Shown: one piece after another, positions 11,626-22,033 of the stretch
Layout of the letters: each line of letters starts with the position of its first letter
Numbering within the stretch: the stretch's first letter is position 1
Source: Scenedesmus sp. PABB004
Taxonomy: Eukaryota
Assembly: GCA_014905635.1 (NCBI GenBank)
Contig: CM026547.1
Coordinates: 682,001-746,000 of the forward strand
Direction of reading: 5' to 3'
DNA length: 64,000 nucleotides
Program-made: the position numbers and the translations under genes
Notes under the pieces: model-generated
Told to the model about the DNA's origin: nothing
Database searches by the model: none
What the model saw: only the letters and a program-made list of their open reading frames with translations

Positions 11626-14373
11626 TCACTGCGGCTCCGCGGCGTCGGTTGGGCTGTACTTGGGGCTGGTTGGGCTGTACTTGGGGCTGGTTGGGCTGTA
11701 CGTAGGGCTCGTCGGCGAGTAGTTGGGGCTCGTCGGCGAGTAGGTTGGGCTGGTCGGGCTGTAATTGGGGCTCGTGGGCGAGTACGTAGGGCTGGTTGGG
11801 CTGTAGGTAGGGCTCGTCGGCGAGTAGTTGGGGCTCGTCGGCGAGTAGGTCGGGCTCGTGGGCGAATAGGTCGGGCTGGTTGGGCTGTAGTTGGGGCTCG
11901 TGGGCGAGTAGGTCGGGCTGGTGGGACTGTATGTAGGGCTGGTCGGGCTGTAGCTCGGGCTCGTCGGCGAGTAGGTCGGGCTGGTCGGGCTGTAGCTCGG
12001 GCTGGTCGGGCTGTAGCCGGGCGAGGTTGGGCTGTAGCCGGGCGACGTCGGGCTGTAGCCAGGCGAGGTCGGGCTGTAGCCGGGCGACGTCGGGCTGTAG
12101 CCAGGCGAGGTCGGGCTGTAGCCAGGCGAGGTCGGGCTGTAGCCAGGCGACGTCGGGCTGTAGCCAGGCGAGGTCGGGCTGTAGCCAGGCGACGTCGGGC
12201 TGTAGCCAGGCGAGGTCGGACTGTAGCTCGGGCTGGTGGGGCTGTAGCCGCCGCCGGGCGACGTCGCGGGCGAGAGCGTCGGCGCGCGGCTGGGGCTGAA
12301 CATGACGTCCCGCATCGGCGAGTACGACACGCCTTCGATCGCCTGGTCACTGCGCGGATCACGGGGCAGACACACACAGAAACACGCGCACAGGCGGGCG
12401 GGCGGCGGTGAGCGGAGGCAGCGCGCGGGCGGGGGCGGTTAGGGGGTTTAGGGTTAGGGGGTTAAACCCTAAAACCGTAAACCCTAAACCCCCCGCGGGC
12501 ACACGCACGGGTCTGGGTTGTGGAACGGCGTGCGCCCGGGCGTCATGTGCCCCGGCGTGCGCCCGGGCGTGAGGCCGACGTCCCAGTCGTGCGCGTCGTC
12601 GCCGTCCTCGAGCGCGAGGAGGTCTGTCGCGTGCGCGAGCTCGTCCTCGTTGAGCAGCAGGTCAAACGCGCCCGTGCCGAGCGGGCAGAGCTGGCCGAGC
12701 ATGATGTTCTCGCTCACGCCCTGTGTGTGTGTGTGGTGGTGGGGGGGGGGGGCAGAGAGGGGGAGGGGGGGAGAGGCGTGGGTGTGGGTGGGGTGGGGGG
12801 GGGGGGGGGGGGCGTCGCGCGCTGCGGCCAGAGCCCCCTGCCGCCCCGCCCCGGTCCCGGCGCCCCGCCGCCCTCGCCCCGCCGCCCCGCCCCGCCCCGC
12901 CGCTGTGACCCCGCGCCGCCCCCCGCACCGTCATGCGGTCCTTCTCCGCGTACACCGCCGCGCGCAGCAGGATGTCCACCGTCTCCTCAAAGCTGCACTG
13001 CGCGAGCGGCGAGGCCTCGGTGCGGTTGATGCCGTGCCGCGTGATCGCCATGAGGTGCCCGCGGCAGGTCATGACGTCGCACAGGATCGCGAGGTGCCTG
13101 CCGGGTTGACGCGATTCGCGCAGCGGCGGCGGCGGCGGCGGGGTGGGCCCCCGCGTGCCGGCAGGCCCACACGCGCGCGCGCGCGCTGCTGCCACACGCC
13201 CCCTGCCCGCCCCTGCTGCCGCTGCGCGCCCCTGCCGGCCCCCGCCGCCGCGCGTTGCCGCGCGCCTGTAGTTGACGTAGGAGCCGTCAAACTCGATGAC
13301 GTTGCGCAGCTCGCGCAGCAGCGCGGCGCGGCAGGCCTCGACGCCCAGGTCCTGGATGATCTCGATGAGGTCGTTGCTCATCGTGCGGCTCGCGTCCACG
13401 CCCGGCACCGGCAGCACCTGCGGCGCGGCACGGCGCGGCGACGGCCCGGCCGCGTGTCAGCGCGGGCCCCCGCCGCCCCTAGCGCTCTGCGCCCAACCCG
13501 CTCGACCTCTCCCCCTCCGCAGCCGCGCCGCCCCGGCCCGCCGCGCTGCGCCACGCCCCGGCCCTAAACCCTGCGCCGCCGCCACGCCCCGGCCCTAAAC
13601 CCTGCGCCGCCCCGCGCCGCGCCGCCGCGCGCCGCGCCGCCGCGCACCCCCATGAGGTTGACGCCCTCGGTGTCGAGCACCCACTCGTCCTCTTGGCGGT
13701 ACCCGTTGCTGCTGGCCACGTCGGGGAAGAGCGACTTTTGCTGGCGCAGGAAGACCTTGTTGATGCGCTCCACGCCCTTGGGGGAGGGGGACAGAGTGAG
13801 CGGGGGCAGAGCGAGCGGGGGCAGGGCAGAGGGCAGGGCGGAGCGGGGGAGAGCGTGAGCGCGCGGCCGCAGGGCGGGGGGACGGCTGGGCGACGCATCG
13901 GCGTGTGCGCGTGCACGCGCGCGTAGGGTTTAGGCGCGGCGGCCGCCGCGCCGTCTTCGCACCTGGAGCTTCATGTCTCGCAGGTACATCGCGTCCAGGC
14001 GCTTCAGCGTCTCGTCCGTCACCTCCTGCGCGCGGCGCGGCGCGGCGCGGCGTGCGCGGCACGGGGGTCAGCGCGCTCGCCGCATGCGCGCGCGCCAGCG
14101 CGCAGCAGCTCGCGGCGCGCGGCTCGCGCACACACACACGCGCACGTGCACCCAGCGCCGCACCGAGCCCCCTCCCCCTCCCACACACCTCTGCGTCGCC
14201 GCCGGCGCCCATGGGCTTAATCGCGCCCATCTCGTCGCCCTCCTCGCCGCCGCCGCCGCCGCCGAGGCCGCCGCCGCCGGCCTGGCCGCTCTCGTCGAGG
14301 ATGCGCAGCCGCACGACCTTGATCGCCGCGTTGTCGTCGCTCACGATCACGTCCAGCAGGTTCTGTGGGTGTC

Positions 14374-14440
<67 letters not shown>

Positions 14441-14487
14441 TGGGTGTGGGTGGGTGTGTGTGTGGGTGTGTGTGTGTGTGTGGGTGT

Positions 14488-14536
<49 letters not shown>

Positions 14537-17500
14537 GGGGGGGGGGGGGGGGGTGATCAGTGGATCAGTGCGCGGCGCGAGGCAGCAGCAGAGAGACGCG
14601 GCGGGTGCGGCCGCGGCCCGCGGGCGCGGTGCGCTCCGGCCGCAGACGCGGCGCGGCGCGGGCGCGGTGCGCTCCGTCGCAGACGCGGCGCGGGCGCGGT
14701 GCGCTCCGGCCGCAGACGCGGCGCGTGCCGCGCCCCCGCCGCACCTCGTACTCCTCTCCGATGCGGGCCTGGATGCGGTCCATTGTGATGTGCTTGTCCA
14801 CGGTCAGGCGGTCGTCGAGCACGAGGCGCAGCAGCCAGGGCGTGAGCCGCTCCGGCGTGTACGCCTCGACCGTGTACCAGTCCTCCAGCAGGCTCGCGTC
14901 CTCGCCCACATACGTCGCCTCGGGCGCGTCAAACTGGGGCGGGTCGTACCTGCGCCGCGCCACGCGCGGCGGTGCGGCCGCGGTGCGAGCGGTGCGAGCA
15001 GGCGGTCGGGCGGGTGGGCAGCCGGCGGGGGAGTGCGCGCGAGAAGGGCGCGGCGGCGCGCGGCACGCGGCGCGCGGCACGCGGCGCGCTGCGGAGGCCC
15101 ACGGTCGGCGGTGGGCGCACCAGATCTCGCTGCGCGCGATGATGCTGCGCATCGTGGTGTACTCGAGCAGGCACTGCATGTCCTTGGCCGCGTCGCGGTC
15201 GCGGCTCGCCTGGCCCAGCAGGCACACCTGCGCGGCCGCGCAGGCGCGGCAACGCCGCCGCCGCGCGCGCGGCGTCGTGGCCCGCCGTGCATACTCCAAC
15301 CGCCGCGCGGCCGCCGCCCTGAGCCCGAGGCGGCGCGGCGCGCGCGGCGCGCGTGCTGCCGCGCCGCGCCGCACCGTGAGCGAGGGCGTCTTGATGTTCT
15401 TGGCGAGGTTGATGATCTCGGTCAGGCGCGGCACGCCGAGCGTGACGTTCTTGGCCGACACGCCCGCAAAGTGGAACGTGTTGAGCGTCATCTGCGCGGG
15501 GCGGGTGCGTGTGTGAGGGTGAGGGGGGAGGGGATTGAGTGAGAGGGGTGACAGGAGATGCGGAGCGAGGGAGGAGTGAGCGAGGGAGGGAGTAAGCGAG
15601 GGAGGGGCGAGGGCGCGCGCGCGGCGCGGGGGCCGCAGAGCAGGGCTGCCGCGCCGCGCGTCCGCGCCTGCGTCGTGGGCTCGCCGATGCTCTGCGCCGC
15701 GACGGTGCCGATCGCCTCGCCCGGGTTGGCGATGGCGGCGTTGAAGCGCTCCTCGATCTCGCCCACAAGCCAGTCAAACGCCTGCCGCGACAGCCTGCGA
15801 GCGCGCGCGGGCCCGGGCGGGCGGGCGCGAGTCAGGCGCGCGCAAATTCTCGGGCGCGCGCTCCCGGCGCGCCGCCGCGCCTGCCGCGCGCGCGGCCGCG
15901 GCGCGCGCCCTCCCTCGCCCTGCTCAGCAGTGCTGGACCCGCCCTCGCGCGCCGCGCTCCCAGCTCTGGCTCCCGGCGTGCCCGCCCCCGGCCCACCTGT
16001 ACTCGCCCAGCACGCGCTTGCTCGCGAGCGTCGCGCGCAGGTGGGTCATGAAGGTCGTCGTCGCGTTGCGCTGCGCCTCGCGGCTCAGCTCGTCGTCGCC
16101 CTTCACCACGATTAGCTTCTCAGACAGCTCCTGCGGCGGCGGCGGCGGCGGCCGGCGCGGGCGCGCGCTCTGCCGCCGCCCGCGGCAGCACCCGCCGCCG
16201 GCGCGGCGCAGGAGCGCCCGCCGCCGGCGCGGCGCAGGAGCGCCCGCCGCCGGCGCGGCAGCGTCCGCCAGCCCCAGCGCCGCGCGCCTGCACGCGCTTG
16301 ACCACGTCGACCGCCGCGAGGTCGCCCGGCAGCGGCGGCTTGTCGGGGCCGCACGCGTAGGTGTTTTGCGCGTCCCAGATGAGGCGGCGCAGGTTGACGG
16401 GGATGTTGACGCCGCCGTTGCCGTGCGTGAGCACCTCGCCACGCATGACCGCCAGGTCGTCCAGCAGCGTGCGGAACTCGCCGCTCAGCACCTCCCTGCA
16501 GAGCGAGGCCGCGCGCGTGCGCGGGTGTTACGTGTTACGTGTTACGTGTTAAGAGGCGCCGAGCGAGCGAGCGAGCGAGCGCCGGCCGCGCCGCGAGCGG
16601 CGGCGGCGTGCGTGTGCAGGCCCCGGCGCAGGCGGCGGCGCGGGCGGGGCCCCCGCGGCGGCGGCGTGGCGCGACTCACCGCAGCTCGACGCGCGACCGC
16701 ACCTCCTCCAGCTGCTGCTGGCCGAGCCAGTCGGCGGCGCGGCCGTCGAGGGTGTCAAAGCTGAACACCTGCGACACCTTGCTCGCGTCCCAGCGCAGGT
16801 GCTCGATCGACTGCGGGTGCCGCGCGCGCCGCGGCGGGCGCGCGTCAAGACGCGGGCCCTTGCCGGCGCGCGCGCGCGCGGCGCAGCCCCGCTGCGGGCG
16901 CCGCGTCGTCCGCCGCCGCGTCCGCCGCCGCCGCGCCTGGCTCTCGATGCGGACGCCGTCCATGCCGTCCTCGCCGTAGAGGAACTGCACCACGTCGCCC
17001 GCGCTGTTGCGCACCGTGCCGTCGTACCTGCAGGGTTGCGGGCGCGCGGCGCGGCGCGGCGCGGCGGTCAGCCACACACCTGTCAGCCCCGCGCCCATCG
17101 GCCCCGCGCCCCCTCCCTGCGCGCCCCCGCCGCGCGCAGCACGAGCGGCCGCCCCGCAAAAGCAAAAGGCTCGCTGCCCCCCCCCCCCCGCCCCTCGGCC
17201 TCGCTCACTTGATGATGAGGTCCTCCATCGCCTTGACGAGGCGGCGCTGGATGTAGCCCGTGCTGCTCGTCTTGACCGCGGTGTCGATCAGGCCCTCGCG
17301 CCCGCCCATGGCGTGGAAGTAAAACTCCTGCGGTGGTGAGTGAGCAGGGCGGGGCGGCGGCGGTGCGCGGGGAGGTGGGGGCGACGGGTGGTGAGCCGGG
17401 GCGGCAGAGGCGCGGCGAGCGCGGGGCGAGGGGCGGGGCGCGGCGGCGGCGGCGCGGGCCGCCGGCGACGGCCCCCGGCGGCGCCGCGCGCCTGCGGGGA

Positions 17501-20500
17501 GAGGCCCTGCAGGTAGCTGTTCTCCACGAAGCCGCGCGACTCGGGGCCGTAGTCGTCCTTTGCAAAGTGGGGCAGCGTGCGGCCGACAAAGCCAAAGGGG
17601 ATGCGCTTGCCCTCCACGTTTTGCTGGCCCACGCAGGCCATCATCTGGGAGATGTTGATGAAGGAGCCCTTGGAGCCGCTGGTGACCATCTTGATGATGT
17701 TGTTGCTCCAGTCGAGGCTGTTCTGCGCCGTCTTGCCTGCGCGCGCGCGGGGGGGTGTGGGTGTGGGCGCGGGTGGTGTGTGTGTGAGTTGTGTGCGGGG
17801 GCGCGAGGTGCGCGCGGCATGGGGAGTGCGCGGGGCGCGGCGACGGGGGAAGCGCGCGCGCGCGCGCGGCGGGTCGTGCGTGCTGCTGGCGCGCAGCGCA
17901 GTGCAGCACGCGCGGCGCGGCGGCGCGCACCCGCGTCGTCGCGGGCCTTGTTGAGCACGCCGTTGACCTTCTGCTCGAACGCCTCCATCAGCGTGCGCCC
18001 GGGCATGCCCTCCAGCTTGCCCGTCTGCGCGGCGGCGGCGATGTGTGTGTGTGTGGGGAGGGGGGGGGGCAGGAGGTCGTCAGCCTCGGGAGCAGCGCGG
18101 CGGGTGCGCCGCAAACAGCTGGCACAGCAAAGCGTTCAGCAACACAGACCAATACGCAAAACTCATCAACCGCCGCGCCTGGTAGGCCTCGATGATGCGC
18201 TTCACGTCCTCCTTGGCGGTGTCGATGATGCTGCCGATCTTGGCCCCCGTCGCCGCGTCGGCCACGGTGTCGCCGATGCCGATCGACATGCCGTGCTGCG
18301 GTGCGCGGCGTGTGTGTGTGTGGGGGGGGGGGGGTGAGCGCGCGGGCGGGCGCGGCGTTGGGCAAGACGCATGGGTGAGCGTGCGTGTGCCAAGGTGGGT
18401 GGGAGGCGGCCGAGGGGCCCAAAAGGCCCCCAGGCGGCGGCGGCGCCAGCGCGGCGCTGCGGCGGGGGCACCTGCAGGAGCCAGTGGTTGACGGTGAACT
18501 GGGTGTTGTTGATCGTGTAGCGCGTCGCGTCGGGGCCGAGCTCGTTCATGACCGTGTGCACCAGACCGCCGCCGCCCGTGCCGAGCGTCTTCTTGCACAG
18601 GCAGCCTGCGGGCGGGCGGGCGGGCGGGCGGGCGGGCGTGGAGGGGTCAGCGTGGGTGGGTGGGTTGACGTGCGTGTGTGCGCGTGGGTGCGTGCGCATG
18701 TGCCAGCGTGCGTGCGTGCGCGCGGGTGCGTGCGCGGCACTTGCGCTCCACCCACGCGCAGAGATGTGGACACAGCGACAGTGCTGCGCACGCACCCACG
18801 CACACGCACGCACGTGCGCCACCACGTGGCGCCCGCGCCGCCGCCGCCGCCGCCGCGTGCCGCGTGCAGCGCTGCGCCGCCGCGCGCAACGCCGCCGCGC
18901 GCCGCGCGCCGCCGCGCCGCACCGTGGATGAGCACGCCGCGCTTGATGAGGATGGCACTGTCGTCGTAGCTGAACGCCCGCTCGTCGCCATCCTTGGCCC
19001 AGCTGCTCGTGCGCTCGAGGCTGATCGGTGGCAGGAAGCAGCTGAACACCTGCGGGCGCGCGCGGCGCGGCGCGGCGCGGCGCGGCGGCGGGGCGGGGCT
19101 CAGAGGCCGGCCCCTGGCTGCCTCTCGCCATCCCTGAGGAAGCGGCCCTCCGGCCCGACCGGCCGCGGGCCGCCGCCGACGCGGTCGCGCCCTGCGCGCG
19201 CGGTCCGAGCCCCACGCGCCTGCTTGCCCGTCCAGAGCGGCTGCGGCTTGAGGATGGTCGGCATCGGCACCGTGCCGTCCCACTCCTGCGCGGCCGTCGC
19301 GCGGCGCGGGCGCGGGCGCGGGCGCGGCGGCACGGCGGCGGCGACGCGGTGAGGGCGCGCGCGCGCTGGCGCGGCAGCGGCGGCGGCGGCGCTGAGCGGC
19401 CCCGCGGCGGCGTTGGGCGGCCCCGCGGCGGGCGCGGCGGGCGCGGCGGGCGCGGAGGGTGCTGCGTGGGCTCGCCTGGATGTTCATGAGGATGTTCATG
19501 ACGAGCTCCTTGGGGATGAAGGTGTCGCGCGCGCTCATGAGCTTGCAGCCCAGCAGCGTGTCCTGCGGGAAGCGCACAGGGCGCGGGTGCGCGTGTGGGC
19601 GTGCGCGCGTGCGGGCGTGCGGGCGCCGGCCGCGCGCACACACCACCACCACCGCCACCCTCAGGCTGACCCGAGCCCACGCCTGCCCCCTCAAGCCTGG
19701 CGTTGACGCAGCTGTCTTGATGGCGATGTGAGTGTCACCCAGATCGACATCAAGACAGCTGCGTCAACGCCAGCCTTGAGGGGCCAGGCGCGACCGCGGG
19801 CCAGCCCCGGGTGCCGCCAGCAGGGCCGGCGGCCTCTCCCACCCCCCCCCCTCCACACGCACACGCACACGGCGCCCCGCACGCACGCAGCGCCCCGCAC
19901 ACAGAGCCGCGCACAGGCACGCAGCACCCCGCGCCGCCGCGGCCGCGCCTGCACGATGCCGATGACGGGCTTGTTGGCCTGCGGGCTCACGATGTTGCGG
20001 GGGACCATCATGATGTTGGCCATCTCCGCACGCGTCTCATGGCTCTGCGGCGCGGCAGGCACGCACGCGCACGCAGTGGGGCCGCGGCGGGCGGGCGGGT
20101 CGGGCGGGCGCGGCGCGAGCGTGCTGGCGCGCGCCGGCGCGCGCAGCACAGCACGGCGGCCCTCGAGAGGGGCGGGCGTGCGTGCGTGCGTGCGCGGCGG
20201 CACCTGCGCGACGTGCATGTTCATCTCGTCGCCGTCAAAGTCGGCGTTGTAGGGCGTCGTCACGCTCAGGTTGAGCCTGCGCGCACACGCGGGCGCGGCG
20301 CACGCAGGGGGCGGCGGCGGGCGGTGCGGGGCCGCGCGTTTGGCGGCGCGCGGCCAGGCAGAACGCAGCGCGCGCCGGCGAGGGGGGGAGGCTCGTGCTT
20401 GCGTCGCGCGGCGCCGCGTCGCGCGGCGCGCACCTGAAGGTTGAGTAGGGCAGGATGCGCACGCGGTGGCCCATCATGCTCATCTTGTGCAGGCTGGGCT

Positions 20501-21965
20501 GGCGGTTGAACAGCACGAGGTCGCCGTTCTGCAGCTGCCGCTCGACCTTGTCCCCGATCTGGGGCGGGCGGGCGGGTGGGCGTGGGTGGGCGGGTGGGTG
20601 TGTGTGGGCGTGTGGGTGTGGGTGTGGGTGTGGGTGTGTGTGGGGGGGGGGGGGGGGGGGGACTGCCTGAGCGCCTCGCGCCCTCTCCACGCCGCACCCA
20701 ACACCCGCCCCGCCGCGCCGCCCAGCACGCCGCCGCCACGCGCGCGCGCGCGCGCGCCGTCTCCCGCCGCGCGCGCCTGCCGCCGCCATGCGCGCGCGCG
20801 CGCGCGCGCGCCCGTGCGCCGCCGCCGCCGCACCTCGAGCGCGCGCGACGCGCCGTCGCGGAGGTATGCGAGGTTGATGCGGCGGCCGTCCTTGCGAATG
20901 ATGAACTTGGCGCCCGTCTCGCCCGCGGGCGCGTGCGGGCCGAGCTCGACCAGGTGCTGCAGCCTGGGCGGCGGGGAGGGAGTGCGTGTGTGTGTGTGGG
21001 GGGGGGGGTGAGGGCGGGAGGTGAGGACGGTGAGGACGGCGGGGCGAGGGGGCAGGCGGGGCGGAGGGGAGGGAGTGCGGGCGGGCGGAGCGCGGCGGAG
21101 CGCGGCGGAGCGCGGCGGAGCGCGGCGGAGCGCGGCGGAGCGCGGCGGAGCGCGGCGCTGCGCTGCGGCCGGCGCGCGCACTTGGCGCGGTTGAGCGGCG
21201 TGACCGTCTCTGGGAAGGTGAGGTTCTGCGCGATGGACCAGGGCACGCCGAGCTCGTCGATGCCGATGTTGGGGTCGCCTGGCGGCAGGGTTAAGGGCGG
21301 GCGGCGACGGGGTTTAGGAGGGGTTTTACGAGGTTCAGGAGGGTTCAGGACGCGGAGGGGAATGGGGCGCGGAGCAGCGCCGGCCGGCGCGGGACGGCGG
21401 GGCGCCGCCGGCGGGGCGCGCGGAGCAGCGCGCCCACCCGTGATGACGGTGCGCGCGCTGAAGTCGACGCGCTTGCCCATGAGGTTGCCGCGGATGCGCC
21501 CGCTCTTGCCCTTGAGCCGCTGTGCGGGCACGCAGACGCACGCAGCGCGCGCGGACGCACGCAGCGCGCGCGGCGCGGAGGCGGCGCTCAGCACGCGTCG
21601 GGCTGCAGCCCCGCGCCGGCGCCACAGCCCCGCCGCCGCGCGGCCTGCAGCCCGCTGCCTCCGCCGCCGCCGCCGCGCCGCGCACGGGCAGCCCCCCGCG
21701 CGCGCCTGGCTGATCGACTTGATCGGCCGCCCGCTGCGCTGCGTCGCTGGGTTCATGCCGGGCAGGGTGTTGTCCATGTAGGTGGTCACGTGGAACTGCA
21801 GCAGCGCGACGTACTCGGTGATGATGTGCTGCGGCGAGCCGTTGGCGACCATGCGCTTGAGCGTGTTGTTCGCGCGCACGATCTCAACCAGCTTGTGCGT
21901 GAGGTCGTCCTCGCACCTGGGCGGGTGTGTGTGGGTGTGGGTGTGGGTGGATGGTGTGTGTGGGT

Positions 21966-22033
<68 letters not shown>

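Noticed and set aside
11484..12411. Arg-rich repeat ORFs over the CTD
   Set aside because: Alternative frames of the heptad array.
12437..12494. Ancient chromosome end-to-end fusion site
   Set aside because: The tract is under 60 bp and lies inside an intron of an intact essential gene.
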